From a virus (Duplodnaviria; Caudoviricetes): a DNA stretch of 64,000 bases. The position numbers and the translations under genes are program-made. The notes beneath the pieces are model-generated. The model had not been told where the DNA came from and searched no databases. It worked only from the letters and a program-made list of their open reading frames with translations. Position 1 is the first letter of the stretch, and each line of letters starts with the position of its first letter. Shown in pieces: positions 18,834 through 29,685 of the stretch. Location of the stretch: positions 9,323 through 73,322 of IMG/VR virus record IMGVR_UViG_2939702853_000005, one strand, 5' to 3'.

Positions 18834-21800
18834 TTATAAATTAAAGCCATAATTATTTCCTAAAATACCTCTCTTGGATTGTGTCTTAGCGGCATCAATC
18901 AATTTGGTTAAGATAGTCGATCCTGAATCCTTATCGTTTGCATGAATTTCTACCTTCTCAATGTGAATACTGTTATCGCTAGAGGCAGTAGAAGTATTAT
19001 TGTTTTTAACAATATTGGGGTTAAACGTACTCTTAACCGAATCGACGATGCCGCGGGTTACATCAATGATTTTCAACAAGTTTCCTGTATCGCTTTTATT
19101 TAAGATTAATTCCTTTTGGTGAGCCAATAAGAATTGACCTTCTTTAGGCATATTAGCAGGAGTCATACCGCCAGTTTCAGCAGAGAACGGTTTGATCTTA
19201 TTCAGATAGTCATATGACCCATCTGGGAATCCCCATTTAGAACGCATCGCATCATTTTCTTGTTTTAATTGTTTGAATTGCGCCTGAAGACTTTTAATCT
19301 TATTGGTATCAGGTTTTTTCTCTCTCTGAAGCTGAACTACTTGTTTGGAGATGTTCTCAGCCTTTTGTTTATTAGACAAATATTTGTCCCAATCACCTTT
19401 TTGGCTTGCCTTGTCATCACCTTTACCTGTTCCTGTCCCACCGCCAATTCCTACACTAGAACCGTTGCCTATACCGCTATCCAAATTCAAGAAATCATCG
19501 AGTCTACCTTGATCCATAGAAAGACTATCTAACATGTTCTGCATTTGCTTGCTTGTTTCTAATGATTGTTCTTGGAGGAAAGTGAAGAACTTCGAATACT
19601 CGCCTTTTAATTCATCAATCACAGATTTAACCTTGGTCTTATCGTCGCTCATAAGATCCTGTTTCATCCTGTAGAAACGCTGCTCATCTTCTAAAATATC
19701 ATCATACTTTTGCTCTGTAAGTTCTTTTTCTCTTTCGATGTTATCAGTAATTGCGTCATGAGTTCGATCTTCAGTATCTTTGGTCTTATCTAAATACTTC
19801 TTACGGTCTTCGAGCTGGTCATTTAAACCTTCTTTACGCAATTCACGCTCACGATCAAGTTTAAACTTGTCGATTTCTTCATTCTTTGCATCTAGCTGAT
19901 CGGTTAATTCTTTCCTTTTAGCTTTAGCTTCGTAAGAATTGTTCAACGCAAGCTCATTAATTTTATCTTGAATCTTTTGACGCTCGTCTAGCTTCTTCTT
20001 TAGTTCCTTGTCATAATCATCTGATTCACTTGTCCGATCCAATTCTTGAAGTTGACGTTTAATGATCTCTTCAAATCGGTCTGATTCTTCCTCAAGATTT
20101 TTTAATCGAGCTTCATGCCTTTTATCCTCAGCTTCTTTTTGCTTATCGATAGCCTTTAAAGCCAAATCCTTCTGTTTCTCAACCATCTTCTTATAAGCCT
20201 CAATAATCTTATCAGCAGCAGCAGATTTTATGGAGTAGATCGCATTGTTATACTCAATGTTCTTCAGAGTTAAATCTTGCAAACGTTTAGACAATTCTTC
20301 TTTGTTCTGCAAATTTAACTTTTCATTTTTCAATTGTCTCTCTACAGCTAAAATTTCTTTTTCTGTAGCTACACGTTGCTCGTTTATCAGCCCAATCTGA
20401 GTAATAAGCTCTTGTTGATATGCCTTCGAATTTTCGTCCAACGATTCCATACGAGCCTTAGAAAGAGCTATCTTATCAGCAGCAGCATTAACCTTCTTCT
20501 CATATTCATCAAGATTAGAGACAATAACAGCATAGTATTTTTCCTGTTTCTGTTGTTCAAGCTCCCACCACTTTGTACTGTTGGAAGATTTTTGTTTATC
20601 AAACTCACCAGCCGTAATCTTATTTTGCTTAACAAGGTTATCCAAGTTGATATTCTGAGATACAAGTTCTTTTTGCTGCGCTGTTAGCGACTTAATTTGA
20701 GCAGATTCCTCTTTTCGCCAGTTTGCTGACACTTGATCATATTTAGCCTGTCTGCCTTGAGATTTAGCAATGTCAACATCCAAGGCATCCAACTTGTTCT
20801 GGCTCATTGTTACGTAGTTTTCAATATAATCTACACGAGCTTTATAAATGTTATCGTATGCAGTTGTTCTATTTTTCCGCGCATCTTCTTGAGCCTTATC
20901 CATATCAGAAGCAGAAGGGAGAGTGTACTTGTTTTTAGATTTCCCGCCCGTAACAGAAGAAGTGTCGCCATTATAGTATCTCAATACGTTGCCTACATAA
21001 TTTACGTCACCATAAATCTTGCTGCCTAATTTGTTCTTTTGCATGGCAGAGAACTTTTTCATGTTCTCAGCGCTGTATCCACCATTTTTATTAAAATAAT
21101 CCAGTATTCCCGGCCCCATGTTATACATAGCCAAAGCAACGTCCACATTACCCGTTTGATTTAAATACTTAGCAAACATTGAAGTTCCAGTCTTAATACT
21201 ACTTTCAACGCTAGTATTTTTACCAAGGCTACTGACCTGCATAACATTTTTTATACCATTAGCACCATTGGAGGATTCTTGCTGGATGATGGCTTTGATT
21301 AGCGCAGGGTCTACGCCATTAGCTCCAGCATATTTGTTTATCAAGTCGGCGTTTTTACCAGTTACTTTTGTAGATGTAGAAGTAGAGGGAGACTGAATTT
21401 CTGGAATAGCATTTGCACCGGGAACACGTCTTGCTCCACTATATCTAGTAGACCAATACTTGTCGTTCAGATTCCCTTGCTTTATTCCAGAGTCGCCCAT
21501 CTGCATAAAGTTACCGTCACCCATGTAGAAACCAACATGAGAATTAGCCTTGCCTTTGATAGTATTGAAGAATACAAGGTCGCCTTTTTGCAAATCCTTT
21601 TTATTGGTTACGGCTTGACCCTGCTTAACTTGTTCTTGAGTAGTTCGGGGCAGTTTAATATCAAGGAACTCTTTAAACATTTGCTGCACAAATAGAGAGC
21701 AGTCGGATACAGCAGTAGCTGTAAATTGATCGTAACTAACATTTGATTTAGCAGCTTGACTATATTTGAACGTTTTGGACGAAGACAAGGACAAAGCTTC

Positions 21801-24800
21801 GGAAATCATCGAATCTAAGCCAGTTCCACCTTTTGTAGTAGTGGTAACTTTAGTAGACACTAACTTAGATGGATCTTTAATGCCTTCTGTATACAATTCA
21901 GCTTGCTTTTCAAGAAGTTTTATTTGTTCCTTTAAAGCCTTGCCGTATTCCTCTGTTCCTTTTTTTAATCGACTCATTCGACTAGTTTGTGCATCTTGAG
22001 CAGCAGCAATCGCTTTAAGCTTCTTCTGAGTTTCGGTTAAAATTTCATTAGTCTCTGACAAAGAATCATTATATTGTTCATTTTTCTTTGTAGCTTCTTT
22101 GCTAACACCTAAGTCAGGATCGCTAAATATACCCAACATTTCTTTGGCTTGTTTGGATTTCTCGTCAAGAGCAGATGTAAACTTATCTAATTCACTTCGT
22201 TGTTCTTCAAGTACTTTTGTTCTAAAAGTTGGAACCTCTTGATCTTTTGAAATTCCTAAAGCATTCTTTAACCCATCTGTCATAGGTAATTTGCTTTTAG
22301 CAATCTCTTCATCTATCTTAACAAGCGCTTTCTTAGCGTCTGCTAGATCCTTTATGCTATTAAGCTCAAGACCATAAGCGTTAATGTTGCTAATAACAGA
22401 GTTAATGTTGTTAATTTCACGCTGCTTTTCGCCTTCTAATGCTTGTTTAACCATTAGGATTTGTGCTTGTCTTAGATTCTCAATTGCTCCATTTTCAAGA
22501 ACATAACCATCCTTGACTTTCTTGATACTAGCCGCCAATTGAGGATTTTTCTTTATGAGGTCGGCAACAGTAGCAGCACTTAGGTAGCCATTTTTCTGCT
22601 GGTCATACATGATTTGATTCAATGTCTTTAATTCAGATGCAGAGTCATCTAATGTCTTATTTAACTTTTCCCTAGATTCAGAAGCGTCTTCGGTAGCATT
22701 GGCAACCTTACCCTCTGTGGCAGCTAATTGATCTGATTTGAGTGTGCTTTCAGCGTATAGGACATTAACATCAGCCATGCTGTTTCTTAAGTTAAGAAGT
22801 TCTACTTTTAGTTTATCTACTGCTTTTTTTTGTTCTTCGTATTCTTTTACTCTGAATTGATGTACATTAGGCCCTTTTAAATACAATGCTTTATTATTAA
22901 GAGTGGCTTCAGCCTTAGCTATTTCATCTTGCTTGTCTTTAATATCTTGATTAATAGAGTTTTTTTGAGAGATTAAACTTTGACGGTTCAATTCTTCTTT
23001 TTCAAGTTTTAAAGCCTTCAATACTGCAATTTCTTTATTTGCAGCTTCTTCTGTAAATCCTGCCGCCTTCAGTCTTGCCAATCCTTCATCACCAATGGTA
23101 ACAGCTATAGCTTTTGAAATTTCATCTAATTGCTTTTTCGCCTTGCCTTGGGCTATTTCTGATAGAGTACCGCTATTGACAACCTTGGTAAGATCATTGT
23201 GTGCCTTAATTAATTTAGGAAAGAAGTCGATTTGTCTATCTATTTGACTTATCTGTTGTTCTCTAGCCGAGATATTATCTTTAATCTTTTGTGTTTCATC
23301 TCTTTGAGCTTTTTCTGCTGTTCCCATTCCAAGTGCTAGGGAGGCTAGTAAACCAATAGCTACAGATATACCCATAGTTGCTACACTTGTCATAACAGCG
23401 GCTCTTGCAGAAGCAGCAGTTTGTGCATTAATTGCTACTGTAGTTGCCTCTGTAGCAACCGTTCTTCCAACTTCGGCGGTTGTAGCAGTTCTAGAAGTAA
23501 CTGCATGTGCAGCATTAGCCACTGAACTGGCAGTTACAGCAGTAGTTTCAGAATTCGTAACTACGACTAATCCTTGTCTCATACCTCTAACAACAGTTAA
23601 TGAATCAATCACATTTTTTACAGGAGATTTTAAAGCAAGGAAAGCTGCACCCAACCCCACAGTAGCAGCAGTTACACCGAAAACACTTGAAGGTATCTTT
23701 GTTAAACCAATAAACAGTTGATCGGTTATGTCGAGTACAGTTTTAATCATACTTCGCAATCCATCGTTACCAGCAGTATTGAATATATCAATGAAAGAGG
23801 TTTTTACTTGTGATGCTTTGCGAGAGATAGTATCCATCTGGGTAGTCAAGTACTCTAATGTTGAACCAGTTGAACCGATAGAATATGCCGTACCAAGTAG
23901 GATATCACCCGGATTTAATGAAGCAGCCAATTTAGCGTATTGATAAACCCCACGGGAAATAGCCGCGTATGATTGAGTTAAATCATAGTTTTTATCTGTA
24001 ACAGCAACAGAAAGGTCAAGTAGAATATCTTCAGCCTTACGCCATTGCTCAACACCATTTACAACTTCCTTGGTTTTAACACCTAACTTTTCAATTTCAC
24101 TAACTGCTTTACCTGTACGAATAGTACCCAATACGGTTTTCCACATGTTACCCAAGTTTTCACCAGATAAAGCAGTATTACGCATACCCGATGAAATCAA
24201 ACCGTTCATAAAATCAAAACTAACACCAGTCTCTTGAGCAATTTTACCTGTGCGTTCAAATGCTGCACCCAAGTCTCTAGCAGGAGCCATAGTTTCGTGC
24301 GCTACCTTGCTCCAAGAGTCAAGGATTCGACCTCCATATAGTTGTGCATCATTTGTATTCTTAAGTTGTACACCATATTGAGCAAGCACAGATTCCATTG
24401 ATTTTGTGGCATCTTCAAGACTCACCAGGTCAACTGTTGAAAGCATAGTAGATTGACGCACTAGGGTCTGAACAACACCAACATCTTTATACATACGACC
24501 CCAGAGACGTGCAGACTCAATTACGTCATTAATAGCAGCGCCTTGATCGTGTGCTGTTTGAATGAATTGTTTAGATTGATCATTGACTTTTTGCATGTCT
24601 AAAGCGCCGTGTTGCAAGCCTTGGAAGTAATGTTCGTTAGTCTGGATATATCCAGCCATCTTTGTTTCAATATCAACCATACCTTTAAATCCTTCTGAAA
24701 TAGAAGAAAATACAGTACCATACAACGCACCAGCAATTAAATGTGCGCCAATCGACTTGAATGCATGGCTAACCTTATCGCCAAATGACTGAACTTGCGT

Positions 24801-25826
24801 ACTTGCAGTTTTAGCGGAAGACTCTAAATCCCTGAATCCTTGTTGTATCTGTTTGATTTTATTTTTCAAACCAGAATCATTAATGTCTAATTTTGAAGCA
24901 TTGTTCAAAAGAGAAGTCAGATCAGCTTGATTAACTGTTGACCCATATTTAGTATTTAAACGTTTAGCGCTTGCTTCAGCTTGTTGTTTAAACTCATTCA
25001 GATTTTGGAGTTTACTTTGATTGGTTTTCGTTTCAGATATTTCTTGTTGTCGTAGGTTTCTAGTCCACCAATCCGCGTATTCTTTTCTAGATTGTTGATT
25101 TTTTAAATCAGCGGCTCTTTGTAGTTCAGCATTCTTTTGAATACCCTGCTGTTGATTTGTTGCTAGTTGTCTCTCTGAATCTCTAACTCTTTCCATAGAC
25201 TTAATACGTCCATCATACATCTGATTGACAAGAGACTCTTGATCTTTCAACATTTTAGCATGGTTAATTATCTCGTCGTACTTCTTTACAGTGCCATTTT
25301 GATCAATATTAGCTGTAACTTTTTGTCCAGTTTCTTTATTTTCGTATGTATTTTTATAACCAACTACTTGACCTTTACCATTCTTAATAGCTTTCTCGTT
25401 TGCTAGATTATAGCCTTTTAACTCAGCTTCCAATTGTTGAATTGACTTTCGTTGTTTATCATATGCTTCAGTCTCTTGCTGTAACTTCATTCTATGTTCA
25501 TCAATAACTTTATTGGTCTTGGTAATGATATTGTTGTCGGCTGATCTTAGTTCAGTTATTTTTTCTATGCTTCCATCTAATCGTTTATATGTAGTTGTAG
25601 TTTCACTAACAATCTTATTTTGCTGCTCCATTGCTAAATTTAACTTATTGGCAGCGGATACAAAGCTATTCATAGTTGCTACAAAACTCTTATCAATATT
25701 GATTTTAATATTCAAACTTTGAAGAGAAGGGTGTTTGCTTAGAGCCTTCAATTTTTCATTGATGTTTTTAACACTGGAACCCATATTGAGGTCAGCTTGC
25801 ACTAAAATTTTTAATCTATCAGGCAT
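18834..25826 (-). CDS. Tape measure protein with NlpC/P60 peptidase and SLT lytic transglycosylase domains
   Basis: 2330 aa, mostly coiled coil; DCSLFVQ...LPRT...GDLVFF...HVGFYMGDG; GVDPALIKAIIQQESS...ALAMYNMGPG. Confidence 0.93.
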   Translation of the reverse strand: MPDRLKILVQADLNMGSSVKNINEKLKALSKHPSLQSLNIKINIDKSFVATMNSFVSAANKLNLAMEQQNKIVSETTTTYKRLDGSIEKITELRSADNNIITKTNKVIDEHRMKLQQETEAYDKQRKSIQQLEAELKGYNLANEKAIKNGKGQVVGYKNTYENKETGQKVTANIDQNGTVKKYDEIINHAKMLKDQESLVNQMYDGRIKSMERVRDSERQLATNQQQGIQKNAELQRAADLKNQQSRKEYADWWTRNLRQQEISETKTNQSKLQNLNEFKQQAEASAKRLNTKYGSTVNQADLTSLLNNASKLDINDSGLKNKIKQIQQGFRDLESSAKTASTQVQSFGDKVSHAFKSIGAHLIAGALYGTVFSSISEGFKGMVDIETKMAGYIQTNEHYFQGLQHGALDMQKVNDQSKQFIQTAHDQGAAINDVIESARLWGRMYKDVGVVQTLVRQSTMLSTVDLVSLEDATKSMESVLAQYGVQLKNTNDAQLYGGRILDSWSKVAHETMAPARDLGAAFERTGKIAQETGVSFDFMNGLISSGMRNTALSGENLGNMWKTVLGTIRTGKAVSEIEKLGVKTKEVVNGVEQWRKAEDILLDLSVAVTDKNYDLTQSYAAISRGVYQYAKLAASLNPGDILLGTAYSIGSTGSTLEYLTTQMDTISRKASQVKTSFIDIFNTAGNDGLRSMIKTVLDITDQLFIGLTKIPSSVFGVTAATVGLGAAFLALKSPVKNVIDSLTVVRGMRQGLVVVTNSETTAVTASSVANAAHAVTSRTATTAEVGRTVATEATTVAINAQTAASARAAVMTSVATMGISVAIGLLASLALGMGTAEKAQRDETQKIKDNISAREQQISQIDRQIDFFPKLIKAHNDLTKVVNSGTLSEIAQGKAKKQLDEISKAIAVTIGDEGLARLKAAGFTEEAANKEIAVLKALKLEKEELNRQSLISQKNSINQDIKDKQDEIAKAEATLNNKALYLKGPNVHQFRVKEYEEQKKAVDKLKVELLNLRNSMADVNVLYAESTLKSDQLAATEGKVANATEDASESREKLNKTLDDSASELKTLNQIMYDQQKNGYLSAATVADLIKKNPQLAASIKKVKDGYVLENGAIENLRQAQILMVKQALEGEKQREINNINSVISNINAYGLELNSIKDLADAKKALVKIDEEIAKSKLPMTDGLKNALGISKDQEVPTFRTKVLEEQRSELDKFTSALDEKSKQAKEMLGIFSDPDLGVSKEATKKNEQYNDSLSETNEILTETQKKLKAIAAAQDAQTSRMSRLKKGTEEYGKALKEQIKLLEKQAELYTEGIKDPSKLVSTKVTTTTKGGTGLDSMISEALSLSSSKTFKYSQAAKSNVSYDQFTATAVSDCSLFVQQMFKEFLDIKLPRTTQEQVKQGQAVTNKKDLQKGDLVFFNTIKGKANSHVGFYMGDGNFMQMGDSGIKQGNLNDKYWSTRYSGARRVPGANAIPEIQSPSTSTSTKVTGKNADLINKYAGANGVDPALIKAIIQQESSNGANGIKNVMQVSSLGKNTSVESSIKTGTSMFAKYLNQTGNVDVALAMYNMGPGILDYFNKNGGYSAENMKKFSAMQKNKLGSKIYGDVNYVGNVLRYYNGDTSSVTGGKSKNKYTLPSASDMDKAQEDARKNRTTAYDNIYKARVDYIENYVTMSQNKLDALDVDIAKSQGRQAKYDQVSANWRKEESAQIKSLTAQQKELVSQNINLDNLVKQNKITAGEFDKQKSSNSTKWWELEQQKQEKYYAVIVSNLDEYEKKVNAAADKIALSKARMESLDENSKAYQQELITQIGLINEQRVATEKEILAVERQLKNEKLNLQNKEELSKRLQDLTLKNIEYNNAIYSIKSAAADKIIEAYKKMVEKQKDLALKAIDKQKEAEDKRHEARLKNLEEESDRFEEIIKRQLQELDRTSESDDYDKELKKKLDERQKIQDKINELALNNSYEAKAKRKELTDQLDAKNEEIDKFKLDRERELRKEGLNDQLEDRKKYLDKTKDTEDRTHDAITDNIEREKELTEQKYDDILEDEQRFYRMKQDLMSDDKTKVKSVIDELKGEYSKFFTFLQEQSLETSKQMQNMLDSLSMDQGRLDDFLNLDSGIGNGSSVGIGGGTGTGKGDDKASQKGDWDKYLSNKQKAENISKQVVQLQREKKPDTNKIKSLQAQFKQLKQENDAMRSKWGFPDGSYDYLNKIKPFSAETGGMTPANMPKEGQFLLAHQKELILNKSDTGNLLKIIDVTRGIVDSVKSTFNPNIVKNNNTSTASSDNSIHIEKVEIHANDKDSGSTILTKLIDAAKTQSKRGILGNNYGFNL

Positions 25827-25893
25827 TACGTTTAAGTCACTTCCTTTTTTTACTTTTATAAAATAGAAAAAAGAAGAGACTTAATATCTCTTC

Positions 25894-26316
25894 TTACTGT
25901 TCATCCTTATATTTAATTTGTTCTACAATTTCACAGAAACGGTCATACCAATCAGCAGCAATACCTTCAAACTCGGTGGGGCCACGATTAATTACCGATT
26001 CTTTGATAGATAGAAGCATCAATTTTCGTTCTTCGGTTTCATCGATAACGATTTCTTCTTTGTGTAAGCTGTGTATTTCCGACAGACGCTCATTGTTATT
26101 TTCAAACGTATACTTACCATCTTCTACAACAGGTTCACCGTCAGAGCCTTTAATGACATAATCCATATTTATATCATTTGTGTCGTTTAGAAATTCATCG
26201 TAGTGTTCTAGAAGGAGCTTCTTAAACTTTACTTTATGTCTACTGTCGGTTCTATCAGTCTTTAATGTATCGAGATAGGCAATAAAATTTTCAAGTTCAA
26301 ATTTGTATAGTTTCAT
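25894..26316 (-). CDS. Hypothetical phage protein (DUF1617-like)
   Basis: 140-aa acidic helical ORF with RBS, followed by terminator-like hairpin. Confidence 0.55.
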   Translation of the reverse strand: MKLYKFELENFIAYLDTLKTDRTDSRHKVKFKKLLLEHYDEFLNDTNDINMDYVIKGSDGEPVVEDGKYTFENNNERLSEIHSLHKEEIVIDETEERKLMLLSIKESVINRGPTEFEGIAADWYDRFCEIVEQIKYKDEQ

Positions 26317-26364
26317 TTTGACTCCCTTTAAATTAAGATATGTAGTTGTGATAAAAGGATAGTT

Positions 26365-26538
26365 TTACTTAATCCAACACGTGATGTGGGGTTCCTGCCA
26401 GCGCTCTTTATTGAAAAGAAGAGGATTATTAGGATAATGTTTATGAGATGGGAATGTTCTATCAAAAGTAAGAAGATAAAATGCCGCAATCTCTTCGGAT
26501 GTACCCTCGACTTTAATACCATTGATTTTAGCTTTCAT
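26365..26538 (-). CDS. Small hypothetical protein
   Basis: ATG at 26538 after GGAGGAG; MKAKINGIKVEGTSEEIA. Confidence 0.45.
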   Translation of the reverse strand: MKAKINGIKVEGTSEEIAAFYLLTFDRTFPSHKHYPNNPLLFNKERWQEPHITCWIK

Positions 26539-27574
26539 GTTCAACTCCTCCTTCGTCATCTTTACCAATATGGCTCTTCAGCTTGCCTAAACTCTTCCAT
26601 TTACGATCTTTAGCTGTTAAATCGTTGTAGATACGATACATGTCGGCACTCGTCCAACCCATAAGTTCAATAATAAAGTCTGACTCAAGTCCAATACGAG
26701 TTAGGTTTGTAACTAGATAGTGTCGAAGGGAGTGAAAATAGAAGGGGGTCTCCAAAAACTTTTCCCACTTAGTACTCCAACTTCTAACTGTACCGACCTC
26801 TGCTGGCTCACCATCCGATTTAATAAAGAGGAAGTCATGTTCTTTATTGTTCTTCAGCATAATCTTTTCTCGTTCAACGATCCAAGCTTGGTAATAAGGC
26901 CAGAACTTTTCTTTGAATATGTATTTATATAATAGCTTCCCTTGCTTACCAAAACCTTTAGTCTTAATTTCTTTAGTGGTTTCTAAGAATAGACCGTCAA
27001 AGGCCGTATTATTCTCATCAATAATCGAAGTTGTAAACCTCAGCAATTCAGAAACCCTTGCACCACTGTTTGCAGCCAAAGCGAGAAGACATGCTTCTTG
27101 AGGTTTATTCAAGTCATTACTCAAATGTTTGAGAAGGGCATCAACCTGTTCTTCGAGTAAAATAGTTTTCTCTCGAACAGGATTATTCTTAAGGTTGTCA
27201 ATCGATTTAAGAATAACATTACGGAAATTTGGATATTCATCATCAAAAAAGTTCTCAATAAAATTAGAAAAACTACTTAAACAAGATTTCATTCTACCGA
27301 AACGTTTGGGACTCCATTTAAGTTCTTCAATTGCATAACTAAAGAAATCAGAAAATTCTATCTTTTTAATGTCCACAAAGAACTTATTATCGTTCTCAAG
27401 GAGATTCCAAGTGAAAAATATATTCAAATCACTTTTATATCCCTTGATAGTTCCATCCGAGCATTTCATATTTTTTTCTTTTATAAAACGATTAATCATT
27501 TTAACGTTCTTTGGATTAAACTGTGCAGTTAATTCATCACTGGTGATTACTTTCATGTAAGTTTTTCTTGCCAT
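26528..27574 (-). CDS. Tyrosine recombinase in the tail region (YomM-like)
   Basis: Catalytic set ARVSE (R), TKG (K), HSLRH (HxxR), GW, C-terminal Y. Confidence 0.88.
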   Translation of the reverse strand: MARKTYMKVITSDELTAQFNPKNVKMINRFIKEKNMKCSDGTIKGYKSDLNIFFTWNLLENDNKFFVDIKKIEFSDFFSYAIEELKWSPKRFGRMKSCLSSFSNFIENFFDDEYPNFRNVILKSIDNLKNNPVREKTILLEEQVDALLKHLSNDLNKPQEACLLALAANSGARVSELLRFTTSIIDENNTAFDGLFLETTKEIKTKGFGKQGKLLYKYIFKEKFWPYYQAWIVEREKIMLKNNKEHDFLFIKSDGEPAEVGTVRSWSTKWEKFLETPFYFHSLRHYLVTNLTRIGLESDFIIELMGWTSADMYRIYNDLTAKDRKWKSLGKLKSHIGKDDEGGVEHES

Positions 27575-27677
27575 TCACATCAAATCCTTATGTATTATTA
27601 ATGAGTATTTAGGTGAACTCATCACGGTATTTTGCAATCATATAAAACACTCCCTATGTTTGTATAAAATAGCTCTT

Positions 27678-28112
27678 TTACTTAACTTCCACATCGAGTC
27701 CTTGTCGTTCCAATCCTCTATGAAGAGCTGCAACATGAGCATTTGTATTATGCAACTCCTCGACAGTCTTTTCGACGAATGGGCGAGGACGACCAGAATA
27801 AGCGAATTCAAAATCATAACCCTGTCCAGTTTCTACAACTAGGCTAACGTTCTTACTTCCATCCATACGCTGGCTTTCAATGGATACAGTATCTTGTCCA
27901 ATCATTTCAACTGCAATATTACGTTCATCGGTGAGACCCCCTTGATCGCGTTGCCTCTCATAGACAGTAGGAGTGTATACATCATAAACATTATCCTCTA
28001 TGGACTGTTTCAAATTATCTTTAACTGTGTGAGCGACATCAACTTGCAAAGCTGAAGCGATTTTTTGCTTCAATAGTCTTTCCAATTCAGCAAAATTATT
28101 CGCTGTCGGCAT
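27678..28112 (-). CDS. Tail completion protein (HK97 gp10-like)
   Basis: VYDVYTP..YER...GGL and PRPFVEKT motifs; likely start ATG 28112. Confidence 0.6.
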   Translation of the reverse strand: MPTANNFAELERLLKQKIASALQVDVAHTVKDNLKQSIEDNVYDVYTPTVYERQRDQGGLTDERNIAVEMIGQDTVSIESQRMDGSKNVSLVVETGQGYDFEFAYSGRPRPFVEKTVEELHNTNAHVAALHRGLERQGLDVEVK

Positions 28113-28575
28113 CAGAGTTTGCCTCGTTACTATTCGTTTCTTCATTTGCTTTTCTTTCAATCTCAGCAAAATTATCTGCTATTTCCTTAAAACGCTTCTC
28201 TAATTTTTTGACCTGAATCTCAGGTAATTTATTTACTACTTCTACGAAAATGTTTGTGTTCAATAAATTCTCATACACCTTAATCAAAGTCTGAAAGTCA
28301 TTTTTATTAGGAATGGGGAGGTCTGTAAATTCTCGCAACATCAAAGTAGATCCAATTTGTGAAGCAATTTGACTGAATGTTAATTCTGTAAGTTGTGATT
28401 TTTCAATCCCTTGGACAACTTCTATGAGTCCTGTAAAAATGTTGTTGATTGAACTTTCTTTGAAGTTTTGCTTAATAGTCACTTCAAATTGACCATCCAG
28501 AATGGGATGTGTTTTCGTCTGTTCAAGCTCTTTGCTGAGTTTATTCAATTCTGTAGCTGTTATTTTTTTAGTCAA
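28096..28575 (-). CDS. Putative tail assembly chaperone
   Basis: 159-aa helical ORF between tail tube block and tape measure. Confidence 0.45.
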   Translation of the reverse strand: MTKKITATELNKLSKELEQTKTHPILDGQFEVTIKQNFKESSINNIFTGLIEVVQGIEKSQLTELTFSQIASQIGSTLMLREFTDLPIPNKNDFQTLIKVYENLLNTNIFVEVVNKLPEIQVKKLEKRFKEIADNFAEIERKANEETNSNEANSDADSE

Positions 28576-28590
28576 TAATCACACTCTCCT

Positions 28591-29685
28591 TTATTGTGGA
28601 AATGTTTCGTCCAACACCTTAGACCATTTCTCTTCCCATCTTTTACTATCAAATGCCATCGAAACTTCTCGGGCATTCTTACCAAATGTTTCGGCTTTAT
28701 CTCTATTGTGATATAAATACTCAATTGAATTGCATAGATTGTCTACAGTAGGCTTGATCAGTAATCCATTGTATCCATCGATAATTAGATCGCTTAATCC
28801 ACCTACACAGCTAGCTATAACTGGCTTTCCAAATGCCTGTGCTTCAATGCAGCTCAAACTTGTACCTTCTGCACCGAGAGTGGGGATTAATACTATGTCT
28901 GCTTGTTCGTAAGCACGATACATCTTATTCATATCAAAATGTTCCCATCGAACTCGATCTTGAGTATTTACCCATCGCTTAAATTGCTGTTCGCCTTCAA
29001 TAGTGCCTCTGCCTACAAAGTAAAACTCCATGTCTTTGTATTTGGGGAGAAGTTTCTTAGATGCTTCAGCCGCCAACAAATATCCTCTTAATTCATGAAG
29101 TCTGCGAGGAATAAGCACTGTAAATTTACCTTTTCCTTTTTTCTCTCTAGGTTTAAAGGTGTCGGTATTGACATAGTTCGGTATGTATTCAAATTTATCA
29201 TATAGTTTTGGATATAAAGCTTTAGTCCAACCAATAGTGTTTGTATCTACAGAAACAATTTTTCCTACACGGCGGTAGCAGTCTCTAATGTATTCATTGT
29301 ATCCTTTAGCGTGATACCAGTCTTGAATTTCATTGTCCCACCAGATACCATGTGAAATGGCAATGGAGTTCTTTCGAGCTTCTGGAAAAGCAAGGGTGGC
29401 AACAAAATAGATAGTGTAATCATAATTCTCTGTCCGTTTATGAAACTCAATCGTTAAATCTGGAAAAGATTCTTTGTCACCAATGGGGCAGGGGATACCA
29501 GTTATTTTTACATCCTTGAAACTCTTTACCCAAGACGTAGTGGATGCTTGAAAAACATCTACACTATAATTCTTTTTTCTTAATAGACGTACAAGATCAA
29601 TTAAATACCTTTCGCCGCCACCCATTTGAGTATATGTTCCAGTTAGATCAAAGAATTGCGTTGTCAAAAGTGCTACTTTTTTCAT
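28591..29685 (-). CDS. Glycosyltransferase family 4 (GT-B)
   Basis: MGGGERY; EGTSLSCIEAQAFGKPVIASCVGGLSDLI signature; start ATG 29685 after GGAG. Confidence 0.92.
   Translation of the reverse strand: MKKVALLTTQFFDLTGTYTQMGGGERYLIDLVRLLRKKNYSVDVFQASTTSWVKSFKDVKITGIPCPIGDKESFPDLTIEFHKRTENYDYTIYFVATLAFPEARKNSIAISHGIWWDNEIQDWYHAKGYNEYIRDCYRRVGKIVSVDTNTIGWTKALYPKLYDKFEYIPNYVNTDTFKPREKKGKGKFTVLIPRRLHELRGYLLAAEASKKLLPKYKDMEFYFVGRGTIEGEQQFKRWVNTQDRVRWEHFDMNKMYRAYEQADIVLIPTLGAEGTSLSCIEAQAFGKPVIASCVGGLSDLIIDGYNGLLIKPTVDNLCNSIEYLYHNRDKAETFGKNAREVSMAFDSKRWEEKWSKVLDETFPQ

Noticed and set aside
27678-28575. Programmed -1 frameshift between the chaperone-like gene and the next gene
   Set aside because: The overlap is only 17 nt, with a separate ATG, and I found no convincing slippery heptamer
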